From: Dehalococcoidia bacterium
GTDB taxonomy: Bacteria; Chloroflexota; Dehalococcoidia; Bin125
NCBI GenBank assembly: GCA_963663235.2
Contig: CAXXNO010000004.1
Span: 886,830-950,829, forward strand
Direction: 5' to 3'
DNA length: 64,000 bases
In this document: piece by piece, positions 10,162 to 21,563 of the stretch
How the letters are laid out: every line of letters starts with the position of its first letter
Numbering within the stretch: the stretch's first letter is position 1
Position numbers and translations under genes: made by a program
The notes under the pieces: model-generated
Told to the model about the DNA's origin: nothing
The model's input: only the letters and a program-made list of their open reading frames with translations
Databases searched by the model: none

Positions 10162-11112
10162 CTACAGCGCTTCCAGAAACTCACGCACGGCGGCGAGGAA
10201 CGCGAGCGTGTTCTGACTGTGCACGTTGTGGCCGCAGTGCGGCACGGTGACCAGGGCACCGTCCGGCAGCGCGGCCGCGAAGCGTTCAGCGGCGTCCGGC
10301 TCCAAGATTTCGGACTCGCCGCCGCGCACGACCAGGGTAGGGCAGGTGATTGCGGTGACATTGTCCAACGTGAAATCGCGCGCGCCGATCGGGAGGCGCC
10401 GCATGAAGTCGGAGTCGTGCAGCATGCGGTCCGACTTGGCGATGTAGCGGCCGTCGGCCCGGGCGACGAGGTTGTAGCGCACCGTGCGCTGGACGTGCTC
10501 GGCCGAGCGGTAGGGGTCGTAGGTAGTGACGCGGTCGACGAACTGGTCGATGCTGTCGAACTCCGCGTTGGCGGTGATGAAGTTGCGCACGGTCTGCGAC
10601 CCACTCTGCGAGGTCTCGGGCCCCGTATCGACGATGACCAAGGCGCGGGGCAGCGAGGGCGACTGCAAGGTCAAGGTGATGGTCGCGAGGCCGCCGAGCG
10701 AATGCGCGATGATGATGGGGTTCAGCATTCCCTGTTGCACGATGAAGGCGCGCAGGTCCGCGGCCAGCGTGTCGACGGCATAGTCGGCGTCGCGGGCCCA
10801 TTCACTGTCGCCGTGGCCGCGCTGGTCGAGGGCATAGACGTGGAAGCGGTCGGCCAGGTGCAGGCTGACGAGGTCCCAGGAATGCGCCGACTGGTTGCCG
10901 CCGTGCACCAAAAGGAGCGGCGGGGCGGCGGGGTCGCCCCACTCCAGGAAGTGGATGCGCAGGTTCTGAATCACGGTGTTGCGTGAGCGGTAGCGCACGT
11001 CCGGGCTGTGCGGGATCTCCAGGTCCTCGGCGCTGCGCAAGAGACTTTGGAACTCGTCGAACTGGGTCATATCGAGCGCCGTCAGGTCGGCGGCGTACTC
11101 GTTGAGGTACAT
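10162..11112 (-). CDS. Alpha/beta hydrolase
   Basis: LVHGG, DQRGHGDS, AHSLGG nucleophile elbow, CGHNVH; GGAG before ATG 11112. Confidence 0.9.
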   Translation of the reverse strand: MYLNEYAADLTALDMTQFDEFQSLLRSAEDLEIPHSPDVRYRSRNTVIQNLRIHFLEWGDPAAPPLLLVHGGNQSAHSWDLVSLHLADRFHVYALDQRGHGDSEWARDADYAVDTLAADLRAFIVQQGMLNPIIIAHSLGGLATITLTLQSPSLPRALVIVDTGPETSQSGSQTVRNFITANAEFDSIDQFVDRVTTYDPYRSAEHVQRTVRYNLVARADGRYIAKSDRMLHDSDFMRRLPIGARDFTLDNVTAITCPTLVVRGGESEILEPDAAERFAAALPDGALVTVPHCGHNVHSQNTLAFLAAVREFLEAL

Positions 11113-11371
11113 ATGCGCTCCAGCACCCCGGCGAAACGGGGCTTCCACGCGGCGCGAGGATTCCGCGGCGCGCGCCCTGTATAGCACTGCGGCGGCGTGA
11201 TCGCCGCAGCGAGCGACGGATTCGTCCTGTTCCTCCCGAGCAACGCCCAGACCGCCGTCAACGACGGCTCCCTTCAGGAACGGGCGGGAATGAGCATCCT
11301 GTCCAAGGAGCAGGGTTAGAGGCAGGCGCCGCGGGGCACTCTCGACGTAAGAGTTAATCTGCATATTCCCA

Positions 11372-11401
11372 TTGACATTTACGGGCCGTCCGGCGCATAG
11401 T
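11372..11401 (+). promoter_or_regulatory. Putative sigma70 promoter of the aquaporin gene
   Basis: TTGACA-N18-CATAGT in an AT-richer intergenic patch. Confidence 0.55.
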
Positions 11402-11482
11402 GCGCTCGATCGAGCTGCCGGGCCTCACGGTCCGCAGCGCGCGGCGATCCACTGGACGCAGTGGATCGAGGGGGAAGCAGTC

Positions 11483-12211
11483 ATGAACGAAGAGATGCTC
11501 GGGATGGAAGAGTTGACGACGCCCAAGAACATACGGGCGTACATCGCGGAATTCATCGGCACGATGCTGTTTGTGCTGATCGGGACCGGCGCGGTGATCG
11601 TCGTCGGCGGACAGGACATCGTGGCGATCGCGCTGGCGCACGGGATCGCGTACGCGGCGATGGTGTACGCCACGATGAAGATCTCCGGGGGGCACATCAA
11701 CCCGGCGGTCACGCTGGCCATGATGGTCACCGGGCGGATGAAGATCGCGCCCGGTGGCGTGTACATGGCAGCACAGGTCCTCGGTGGCATCATGGCCACG
11801 CTGCTGCTGTACGTCATACTCCGAAACGAGATCGGCAACCTCACCGAATTCGGGGCGCACGGGATCGGCAAGGAGGCGGTGGCAGGCGATGGCGGAGCGC
11901 TGCTCCTGGAGCTGATTCTCACGGCCGTGCTGATCATCGTGATCTATGCCGTCGCGGTGGCGAAGGACGGGTACGGCATCATGGCCCCGCTGGCGATCGG
12001 TCTGACGATCGTGGCGATCCACCTGATCGCATTTCCGCTGACGGGGGCGTCGGTGAACCCGGCCCGGTGGTTCGGGCCCGCGCTGATCTCCAACGCGTTC
12101 GACTCGTTCTGGGTCTACATCATCGGGCCGGCGCTCGGCGCGACGATCGGCGCGTTGCTGTACCACTACGTGTTCTTGCAGCCGGTGGAAGAGGAATCGT
12201 CGGGGGGCTAG
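11483..12211 (+). CDS. MIP family channel (aquaporin)
   Basis: SGGHINPAVT and GASVNPARWFGP (two NPA motifs), AEFIGT, several hydrophobic helices. Confidence 0.95.
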   Translation: MNEEMLGMEELTTPKNIRAYIAEFIGTMLFVLIGTGAVIVVGGQDIVAIALAHGIAYAAMVYATMKISGGHINPAVTLAMMVTGRMKIAPGGVYMAAQVLGGIMATLLLYVILRNEIGNLTEFGAHGIGKEAVAGDGGALLLELILTAVLIIVIYAVAVAKDGYGIMAPLAIGLTIVAIHLIAFPLTGASVNPARWFGPALISNAFDSFWVYIIGPALGATIGALLYHYVFLQPVEEESSGG

Positions 12212-12337
12212 CGGCCCGGCCAGACATCGACTTCGATCGGAGCCCGGCGCCAGGCGCGCCGGGCTCCTTGCGCGTCGGGCATGGAGGCCGTACGGTGCGG
12301 CGCGCCGGGGGAGCAAGTTTCCAGGAGGTGGAGCGCC

Positions 12338-12802
12338 GTGGCCAAGACGCCCGAAGTGACAGCGGCCTTCGCGCTGATCGGCCGGAACATCGATGACGTG
12401 CTCGACGCCTTGACCGGGCTCAGCGCCGCCGAGCTGAACTGGAAGCCGCCCGTCGAAGGCGGCAACAGCGCGATGGTCCTGGCGACCCATGTGATCGGCG
12501 CCTGCCAGGGGCATCTGCTGCAGACCCTCTGCGGCCAGTCGATCGAGCGGGTCCGCGAGGAGGAGTTCGAAGCCAGCGGCGACTCGGTGGGGCCGCTGCG
12601 CGAGCACTGGGCGACGGTTCGGGGCCGCATCGATGCCGCGCTGGAGGCGCTTGACCCGGCGGAGCTGGAGCGGACCCACGAGCACCCGATCCTGGGGCCG
12701 ATGAGCGGCCACGATCTGCTGATGTTGGCGGTACGGCACTCGGCCGAGCACCTGGGACACGCTAGCCTCACCCGCGACCTGCTCATAGCCCAACGCGGCT
12801 AA
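12338..12802 (+). CDS. DinB/DUF664-like protein
   Basis: LNWKP..GNS..LATH, RVREEEF, HSAEHLGH; AGGAGG RBS before GTG 12338. Confidence 0.8.
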   Translation: MAKTPEVTAAFALIGRNIDDVLDALTGLSAAELNWKPPVEGGNSAMVLATHVIGACQGHLLQTLCGQSIERVREEEFEASGDSVGPLREHWATVRGRIDAALEALDPAELERTHEHPILGPMSGHDLLMLAVRHSAEHLGHASLTRDLLIAQRG

Positions 12803-12901
12803 CCTCATCCGCCGCGGATTGCAGCGATCCGACCAGATCGCTAGTCTGCGGGCGATCCGCCGCGAGTCCGAACGCGGCGGACGGGCGCAGAGGAGAGAGC
12901 A

Positions 12902-13840
12902 ATGGCGGTACTCCCCGAGGTGCGGACCTTCCTGGACGAGATCGCGGCGGCGGACGCCAAACCGTGGAACCAGATGACGCCGGCGGAGGCCCGGGAGACC
13001 TGGAACACCGTGGTGGGGCTGTTTGCGGGGCCGGCGGAGCGTGTGGCGGCCATCGAGGACCGGCTGATCCCGGGACCGGGGGGCGACATTCCCCTGCGCG
13101 CGTACACGCCCGAAGGCGGTCCGCCGCTCCCGGCGCTGATCTATTTCCACGGGGGCGGCTGGGTGGTGGGGACCACGGACACGTACCACGTGTCCAGCCG
13201 CGCCCTGGCCAACGCCACGGGATGCAAGGTGATGTTCCCGACGTATCGCATGGCACCGGAGTACAAGTATCCGGCCGCCGTGGAGGACTGCTACGCAACG
13301 CTGAAGTGGGTAGCGGAGAACGCGGCCGCGATCGGCGTGGATGCGCAGCGGATCGTCGTGGCCGGGGATAGCGCGGGCGGCACCCTCGCCGCCGCCGTGG
13401 CGCAGATGGCGCGCGACCGCGGCGGCCCGGCGCTGGCGTTCCAGTTGCTGCTCTACCCCGCCACGGACGCCAGCACCGACACGCCGTCGTACCAGGAGTT
13501 CGCGGAGGGCTACCTGCTGCTGAAGGACGACATGCCCTGGTTCTGGGACCACTACCTTCCCAACACGAAGGCAGCCGACGAAGCGTACGCCTCCCCGCTG
13601 CGGGCGAAAGACTTCAGCGGGTTGCCGCCGGCGCTGGTGGTCACCGCCGAATACGACGTGCTGCGGGACGAGGGTGAAGACTACGCCGCGCGCCTCAAGA
13701 AGGCCGGCGTGCCGGTGACCCAGCGTCGCGTCGACGGGACGATTCACGGCTTCCTGCACCCGCTGGAGGGTCGGTTCGCGCACAGCAAGCCGGTGCTGGC
13801 GGAGATCGGCGCGGAAGTGAAGAAGGCGCTGGGCTCCTGA
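12902..13840 (+). CDS. HSL-family esterase/lipase
   Basis: HGGGW, GDSAGG, EYDVLRDEG, IHGF. Confidence 0.95.
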   Translation: MAVLPEVRTFLDEIAAADAKPWNQMTPAEARETWNTVVGLFAGPAERVAAIEDRLIPGPGGDIPLRAYTPEGGPPLPALIYFHGGGWVVGTTDTYHVSSRALANATGCKVMFPTYRMAPEYKYPAAVEDCYATLKWVAENAAAIGVDAQRIVVAGDSAGGTLAAAVAQMARDRGGPALAFQLLLYPATDASTDTPSYQEFAEGYLLLKDDMPWFWDHYLPNTKAADEAYASPLRAKDFSGLPPALVVTAEYDVLRDEGEDYAARLKKAGVPVTQRRVDGTIHGFLHPLEGRFAHSKPVLAEIGAEVKKALGS

Positions 13841-14176
13841 GGCAGCGGTCGACCCGAGGGTCGTGACCCGTCGCAGGCGCGAACCCGCAGTGGAGCGTCG
13901 GGCGGGGCTGTCCTTGCGGGCACGTTTCTGTCGCCTTTCCGGCGGGGGGCGGGGAAAAACGCTTTCGGGGCGTTCCAGACGGCCGGCCAGATGGGGGGCG
14001 GGGCCCAGAGGCCGCGAGGGCGACAGAAACCGGCACGGTTCAGAGAGGATCTTGCCAGGTTTCTGCCAGGTTTCTCGCCCGTTTCTGGCGCGCTTCCGGC
14101 ACCGATCGGAGGCCGCGCGGCCAGTCTTGGACCCGAGGCGGCAGGGTCGGGACAGGGAGTGGGCACGGGCAGATAG

Positions 14177-14190
14177 AGAACGTTCGTTCT
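14177..14190. promoter_or_regulatory. Putative LexA (SOS) box AGAAC-GTTC-GTTCT, next to a TATAAT on the minus strand (14191-14196)
   Basis: Matches the GAAC-N4-GTTC LexA consensus of Firmicutes/Actinobacteria/Chloroflexi; same form as the box at 40079. Confidence 0.6.
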
Positions 14191-14258
14191 ATTATAGCGG
14201 ATCCTCGGAGCGGCAGCGGCCGCGGCGAGGAGAGAGGCTAGAGCCTCGGTGGAGGGCC

Positions 14259-14897
14259 TCAGCGGAGCGTGACGCGGCCGTTGGGCGTGTCCAGGGTTGC
14301 GATAAGAGTGGGCTGCGGCCCCCGCTCGACGGGGAGGTCGACCGCGATCGCCCGGAGCATCGCCCGCACCGCCTCCGGCTGGGGGTGCGCAGCGCGCAGG
14401 TCGAGGAGGGTGCAGCCAGTGGGCGCGCCGGTGGCGGGATGGGGCGAGTCCCCCCAGTCGATGAGGAAGGGCACCAGTCCCTCCGCCGGGAGGGGATCGC
14501 GCAGGGTGGACATGCGCCAGGCGAGATGGACGCCGTCGGGGCGGTCGCGGGCGTAGGGGCCCACGGGGCCGGGGTCGTAGCCGGCGGCGCGGGCGGCCGC
14601 GACCCGCGCATCGAGATCGGGACCGGCAGCGGGGGCGGCCCAGGTCACGAGTTTCGGCTGGTCGAGCGCGTCCATGCCGAAGGATCGCGGGCGCTCGGGA
14701 GGGGGTTGGTCTGGGTCCGGACCAATCACCTCGAGATAGGTGCGGTCGTCCAAGGCCAGGAGCGCCATCTTCGTCCCGCGGCCGGGATGCGCCCCCCCGA
14801 TGACGGGCCGGAGGCCGAAGCGCGCGGCGACGTCGTCGATCGCGGCGGCGAGGTCCTGCACGACGTAGACGATGTGGTCGGGCTTCGTAAAGGTCAT
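14259..14897 (-). CDS. VOC/glyoxalase-like family protein
   Basis: DHIV, GGAHPGRGT, YLEVIGPDP, PFLIDWG..HP. Confidence 0.88.
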   Translation of the reverse strand: MTFTKPDHIVYVVQDLAAAIDDVAARFGLRPVIGGAHPGRGTKMALLALDDRTYLEVIGPDPDQPPPERPRSFGMDALDQPKLVTWAAPAAGPDLDARVAAARAAGYDPGPVGPYARDRPDGVHLAWRMSTLRDPLPAEGLVPFLIDWGDSPHPATGAPTGCTLLDLRAAHPQPEAVRAMLRAIAVDLPVERGPQPTLIATLDTPNGRVTLR

Positions 14898-14940
14898 TCG
14901 GGGGTGAAGGTCATTGGGGGGTGAAGGTCATTCGGGATGG
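14890..14940. repeat. 17-bp tandem repeat x3 (AAGGTCATTsGGG...) at the M20/VOC gene junction
   Basis: aaggtcattcgggggtg / aaggtcattggggggtg / aaggtcattcgggatgg. Confidence 0.9.
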
Positions 14941-16109
14941 TCCGCGCGGAAGGCATGACGGGCGGCGTTGAGCCGCTCCGGGTTGGCGTAGAGATCGAGG
15001 GCGGTCAATGCCAGAGCGGTGGCGGCGGTGAGCATGGCCGCGTGGGCCTCCGGCGTGGCCGCGGCCTGAGTGAACTCCGGTGAGTGATTACCGGCCGTGG
15101 TCTCGATGGCGAACATGGGATGGATCGAGGGGACCACGTGGCTGACGTTGCCGAAGTCGGTGCTGCCCGCCATGCGCCGCACCTCGGCGGCGGGCAGCAG
15201 GATCTTGCCCAGCGCGCGCGCGTTGGTGGCGTAGGCCTCCGCCATGGGCTCATTGGTGGCGAGGTTGCCGTAGCGTTTCCCGTGCCAGCGGTACTCCAGG
15301 CGGCAGCCCGTGGCCTCCGCGGCGCCGGAGAAACAGGCCAGCACCCGCTGCTTGAGCGCGTCCAACTTCTCGTCGTCGCGGGCGCGGAGGTAGAAATCGG
15401 CCGCCGTATGGTCGGGGATGATGTTGGGCTTTGCGCCGCCGTTGGTCACGATGCCGTGCACCCGCGTCTCCGGGGGCAACTGTTGACGGAGCACCGCGAT
15501 GCCGTTGTAGGCCAAGACGAACGCATCCAGCGCGTTCACGCCTTCCCAGGGGAAGGCGGCGGCGTGGGCGTTCTTGCCGAAAAACTCCACCTCCAACTCG
15601 TGGAGGGCCATGATGACGGGCCAGGCCGTGTCGGCGGGGGAAGGGTGGACCATCATGGCGGCGTCGACGCCATCGAATGCGCCCTGCTCGATCATGTCGA
15701 TTTTGCCGCCACCGCCCTCTTCCGCGGGCGTGCCGAGGACAACCACAGCGCCGTCTCCATCGCCCAGAGCGGCCTTCATCCCCAGCGCCGCCGCGACGCC
15801 GGAGGCGGCGATGAGGTTGTGCCCGCAGGCGTGGCCGATCTCGGGCAAGGCGTCGTATTCGCAGAGCACGGCGATGGTGGCCGGGCCGCTGCCGGCGGTG
15901 GCCGCGAAGGCCGTCTCCAGCCCGTAGGCGCTGCGCTCCACCGTGAAGCCTCGCTCCTCCAGGAAGGCAGTGAGGAGGTCGTGCGCGTGGTGCTCCTGGA
16001 AGTTGAGCTCCGGATGCGCGTGGATATCCAGGCTGAGGGCGCGGAGATCCTCTGAAGCTTCCTCGATCGCGCGGCGGGCCGTTGCTTTCTGTGCGCTCAG
16101 GTCGGTCAT
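14928..16109 (-). CDS. M20 family amidohydrolase (ACY1L2/PM20D2-like)
   Basis: HAHPEL, EYDALP, GHACGHN, GTPAEEGGGGK, GSTDFGNVS. Confidence 0.92.
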   Translation of the reverse strand: MTDLSAQKATARRAIEEASEDLRALSLDIHAHPELNFQEHHAHDLLTAFLEERGFTVERSAYGLETAFAATAGSGPATIAVLCEYDALPEIGHACGHNLIAASGVAAALGMKAALGDGDGAVVVLGTPAEEGGGGKIDMIEQGAFDGVDAAMMVHPSPADTAWPVIMALHELEVEFFGKNAHAAAFPWEGVNALDAFVLAYNGIAVLRQQLPPETRVHGIVTNGGAKPNIIPDHTAADFYLRARDDEKLDALKQRVLACFSGAAEATGCRLEYRWHGKRYGNLATNEPMAEAYATNARALGKILLPAAEVRRMAGSTDFGNVSHVVPSIHPMFAIETTAGNHSPEFTQAAATPEAHAAMLTAATALALTALDLYANPERLNAARHAFRADHPE

Positions 16110-16136
16110 GCGTTTCCTCCCACTCGGCGGTGGCGC

Positions 16137-16958
16137 CTAGCCGGTAAACATTCCGCCGTCCACGAAGAGGATCTCTCCCGTGACGTAGCTGGACTCGTCG
16201 CAGGCGAGGAAGAGCGCGGCGTCCGCCACCTCCTCGGGTTTAGCGGCGCGCTTCATGGGGGTGGCATCCATCGTGCGGCGGAGAACGCGATCGTCGGCCA
16301 TCAAGGGAGCGCTCATGGGCGTCTCCACCAAGCCCGGGCCGACGGCGTTAACGCGCACGCCATGTTGAGCCAGCTCGCGCGCCAGCACCTTAGTGAGCAT
16401 CCATACCCCGGCCTTGGAGACGGAGTAGTCGCCGATGCCCGGGAACGGCAAGAGCGCCGCCGTGGAGCTGATGTTGACGATGGAGCCGCGGACACCCTGA
16501 TCGATCATGCGCCGGGCGATGACGCGATCGGTGATCATGACCCCGGTGAGGTTCACGGCCAGCACTTTCTCCCAGGAGCGGAGCGACTTGTTGATGATCG
16601 CGCCGGCCTCCCAGTCGAAGGCGCTGCTACCGGGCCGGACCTTGGGGTCGACCCGGCTGACGTAGGCGGCATGGGAGATTCCGGCGGCGGCGAGGCCGAC
16701 ATCGATGCGGCCGAAGTGGTCCAGGGCGGCGTCGGCCATGGCCTCGGAGGCCTCCTCGGAGGAAGTGTCGGTCTCGACGAAGCGGGCGCGCCGGCCCATC
16801 GCCTCCACCTCCGCCACGACTTGCGCCCCGCGCTGCGGGTTCAGGTCGGCGATGAGGACGTCGGCGCCTTGTTCGGCGAAGCGCAGGGCGCAGGCGCGCC
16901 CGATGCCGCTGGCCCCGCCGGTCACTACCGCCACCTTGCCATGAAGCCGTCCGGCCAC
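16137..16958 (-). CDS. SDR family oxidoreductase
   Basis: TGGASGIG, YSVSK, VNAVGPG, VDGG; GGAGGAGG RBS before GTG 16958. Confidence 0.92.
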   Translation of the reverse strand: MAGRLHGKVAVVTGGASGIGRACALRFAEQGADVLIADLNPQRGAQVVAEVEAMGRRARFVETDTSSEEASEAMADAALDHFGRIDVGLAAAGISHAAYVSRVDPKVRPGSSAFDWEAGAIINKSLRSWEKVLAVNLTGVMITDRVIARRMIDQGVRGSIVNISSTAALLPFPGIGDYSVSKAGVWMLTKVLARELAQHGVRVNAVGPGLVETPMSAPLMADDRVLRRTMDATPMKRAAKPEEVADAALFLACDESSYVTGEILFVDGGMFTG

Positions 16959-17287
16959 GCGACCACCTCCTCCTCCGCACTGGCCGGATTCTAGCGACGT
17001 GGGGGCCGATGTGGGAGCCTCCTGGCCGTGGCCATCCGGCTCCGGTGTGGAGGGCGATACGGACGGTGACTCGCTGGGACGATCGATCGTGTCGCCCGGT
17101 GTTAACAAAACGTAACGCCGGGGAGCGCGGACGTTGCTACGATAGGACTCAAGGCCCTACGGTCGCAGCGCCCCGCTGAGCCCGCCGTCCGAGCCGCCCG
17201 GAGGCGCCGCGGCAGCCAGCGCGGCAGGGTCGATGATAAAGTATGCCGTGGTCCCGCCCCCAGCGGGCGCCGGGAAGGCTTGGGCGG

Positions 17288-19148
17288 ATGGTCGAATCTC
17301 CAGCGGCCGGCGTGCGGCCCGCAATCCGGGAGCGCGAGCGGGTCACAGTCCGCTTCGCGGGCGACTCCGGCGACGGGATGCAACTGGCCGGGAACCGCTT
17401 CACCGACGAAACGGCCCTCTACGGCAACGATTTCAGCACGCTGCCGGACTTCCCAGCGGAGATCCGCGCGCCGGCGGGGTCGCTGGCGGGCGTCAGCGCC
17501 TTCCAGATCAGTTTCTCCAAGCGCCAGATCTATACGCCGGGCGACGCGCCCGACGCGCTGGTCGCGATGAACCCGGCGGCGCTGAAGGTCAACCTGCGCG
17601 ACCTGACGCCGGGCGGCCTGCTGATCGTGAACGAAGATGCCTTCACCAGCGGCAACCTGAAGAAGGCCGGCTACACGAGCAACCCGCTCACGGACGGCAG
17701 CCTGAGCGCGTACCGGAAGATCACCGCCCCGCTAACGACGCTGGCCGTCAATGCGGCGAGCGAGACGGGCGTGAATGCACAGCAGGCCGAGCGCACGAAG
17801 AACTTCTGCGCGCTGGGCTTGGTGTACTGGCTCTACGATCGGCCGATGGAGACGACGCTGGGCTGGATCGCGGAGAAGTTCAAGAGCAACCCCGCGATCG
17901 CGGACGCGAACGTGCGATCGCTGCGCGCGGGCTACGACTACGGCGAAACGGCGGAGCTGGCCGACGAGCACGTGCGGGTGGCGCCAGCGGCGCTGCCCCC
18001 GGGCGAGTACCGTCACATCACCGGCAACGAAGCCACGGGGCTGGGGCTGCTGACGGCGGCGCACCTCTCGGGGCTGCCGCTCTTCTACGCCAGTTACCCC
18101 ATCACCCCCGCCAGCGACGTGCTGGAGCAGCTGGCGGGCTACCGTCGCTTCCGCGTGCGGACGTTCCAAGCAGAGGATGAGATCGCGGCCGCGGGCGCGG
18201 CGCTGGGGGCGTCGTTCGGCGGAGCGTTGAGCGTGACGGGGACCAGCGGCCCGGGATTGGCGCTCAAGGCCGAGACCGTCGGGCTGGCGGTGTCGACGGA
18301 GCTGCCGATGGTCATCCTGGACGTCCAGCGCGCCGGCCCCAGCACGGGCATGCCGACCAAGACGGAGCAGGGCGATCTGCTGCAAGCGCTTTTCGGCCGC
18401 AACAGCGAGAGCCCGGTGTGCGTCATCGCGCCGGCGACGGCGGGCGACTGCTTCTACATGGCGATTGAGGCAGTGCGTATCGCGCAGCAGTACATGACGC
18501 CGGTGATCTTCCTCTCGGACACCTACCTGGGGAACACGTCGGAGCCGTGGATCGTCCCGGACCTGGAGGCGTTGCCGCGCATCGAGGTGCAGCGCCGCAC
18601 GGATCCGGAGGGGTTTCAGCCGTTCAGCCGGGATCCGGAGACGCTGGCGCGCCCCTATGCCCTGCCGGGCACGCCCGGCCTCGAGCACCGCGTGGGCGGG
18701 CTGGAAAAGGCGGACGGCAGCGGCGAGATCTCCTACGACCCCGAGAACCACCAGCGCATGGTCGATCTGCGCGCCGAGAAGATCGAGCGGATCGCCCGCA
18801 CGATTCCAGACGTGGAGGTGGACGGGCCGCAGGCGGGGGATCTATTGGTGCTCTCCTGGGGGAGCACGCACGGTGCGATCCGCTCCGCCGCCGAACAGGC
18901 GCAGGCCGAAGGCGTGCCAGTGTCCACCGCGCACCTCCGCTACCTGAACCCGTTCCCCACCAACCTGGGCGAAGTCCTGGGGCGTTTCCAGCACGTCCTG
19001 ATTCCCGAGAACAACAGCGGGCACCTGCTGCTCTTGATCCGGGCGCGCTACCTGATCGACGCGCAGGGCCTGAACAAAGTCACGGGCAAGCCGTTCACGG
19101 CTGTAGAGATCGCGGAGGCGATCATGAAGCTGAGCGAGAAGATTTCCG

Positions 19149-19159
<11 letters not shown>
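17288..19159 (+). CDS. korA: 2-oxoacid:ferredoxin oxidoreductase subunit alpha
   Basis: FAGDSGDGMQL, YPITPAS, QAEDEIA, TSGPG, DVQRAGPSTGMPTKTEQ. Confidence 0.93.
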
Positions 19160-20177
<1,018 letters not shown>

Positions 20178-20309
20178 CGCCCTAGCCCACCGTTCCAGGT
20201 GCGATCCCTGGGGGCACCTGAGGGAAACCCCGATATCGACTCCACGGCGCGCCCGGCTACCGTCGTAAGAGGGTGAGCCGACGCCCCCGTGGTACGGAGC
20301 GGGTCCGAC

Positions 20310-20549
20310 ATGCTTACACTCGTCTGCGACCTCTGCGACCTCTGCGACCTCTGCGAGCGGTCCATCAAGGAAACCGGCTACGTCTGCGATCTGGTGGAGG
20401 CGAAGCTGGTGGTGTCCGACGAAGGGATGCCGCGCATGGCGGACCGGGGACGCATCCTCTCCCTCAGCATGTGCAGAAACTGCGCCGCCCAGGTCCAACG
20501 CCGCATCCACACCCTGCGAGCGCGCAGCGGCGCCGCGCGCCCGAGTTGA
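20310..20549 (+). CDS. Small Cys-rich (CxxC...CxxC) putative zinc-binding protein
   Basis: GGAG RBS; VCDLCDLCDLCE and MCRNC; contains a 9-bp tandem repeat. Confidence 0.65.
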   Translation: MLTLVCDLCDLCDLCERSIKETGYVCDLVEAKLVVSDEGMPRMADRGRILSLSMCRNCAAQVQRRIHTLRARSGAARPS

Positions 20550-20630
20550 ACGAGGGCCGGCGAGCGGCAGCGCGTCCGCGGCTACGCGGCCGGGTTTGAC
20601 GGCCCCCGGAGCCCACCGTAGGCTGCCGCC

Positions 20631-21509
20631 GTGAGAGAGAACTGGGAGCGCGAGTCCTACGTCGGCAAGCCGCAGGACACCGTCGAGATCGAGATCACGC
20701 CGGCGGTGATCCGCGACTACGTGAAGCGGACCGACGACGCCAACCCCTGGTACAGCGGCGGCTCCCCGTTCGGCGGGCCGGTGGCGCCCGCGATGCTGCT
20801 CTACAGCCACAGCTACCGCAACATCGACGATTGGTATCTCCCAAGCCGCTACGGCAACCTGCACGCCAAGCAGGAGTGGTGGTTTTACCAACCCGCACGG
20901 GTGGGCGAGACCATCGTCGCCACCACCTCGATCACGGACCGGTACCGCAAGCGCGATCGGGAGTTCCTGGTCAGCGAAGTGGTCATTACCGGCGCCGCCG
21001 GTGCGTTGCTGGCCCGGAGCCGTGCGCATCAGAGCTTCCTGGTGGACGGGGAAGCGAGCGGCCTGGTGGTGGACCAAGAGCGGGAGTGTCGGCCCGATCG
21101 GCGAATTGCAGTGAAGCCGGGCCCGGTGCTGGAAGAGTTCGGACCGGTGACGCGCTTCGTGGACGCGGAGGCCTGCGACCGGTTCGTGGGCGACAAGCAG
21201 AACTACCACAATGATCTCGCGGAGGCCGAGAAGCTGGGCTTTCCCCAGATCGTCGTGCAGGGGACGCTGCCCATCTGTCTGCTCAATCAGCTCATGACGG
21301 AGCGGTTCGGCGCGGGCTGGTGGGTGGGGGGCCGCCTGACCCTGAACCTGGTCAACGTGGTGTGGGTGGACGAGAACGTGCACGCCCGCGGGGTGGTGCG
21401 CGAGTGGACGGACGAAGGGCTGCGCCGGCGCGCGCACTGCGAGATCTGGACGGCGAAAGACGACGGCACGATCACCGTGATCGGCAGCGCGTCCGCGCCC
21501 CACGCCTGA
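20631..21509 (+). CDS. MaoC-like double hot-dog dehydratase
   Basis: DDANPWY...FGGPVAP, second domain NYHND..AEKLGF..IVVQG. Confidence 0.8.
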   Translation: MRENWERESYVGKPQDTVEIEITPAVIRDYVKRTDDANPWYSGGSPFGGPVAPAMLLYSHSYRNIDDWYLPSRYGNLHAKQEWWFYQPARVGETIVATTSITDRYRKRDREFLVSEVVITGAAGALLARSRAHQSFLVDGEASGLVVDQERECRPDRRIAVKPGPVLEEFGPVTRFVDAEACDRFVGDKQNYHNDLAEAEKLGFPQIVVQGTLPICLLNQLMTERFGAGWWVGGRLTLNLVNVVWVDENVHARGVVREWTDEGLRRRAHCEIWTAKDDGTITVIGSASAPHA

Positions 21510-21563
21510 GGGCCCGTTGCACCACACGCCCCCGCGGCTCCAGGGACCGGCCCACCTGCGCGC

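Noticed and set aside
11354-13783. Long antisense ORFs (809 aa here; also 19710-21743, 36143-37873, 43487-45754)
   Set aside because: Shadow frames of real high-GC genes on the opposite strand, with no recognisable motifs
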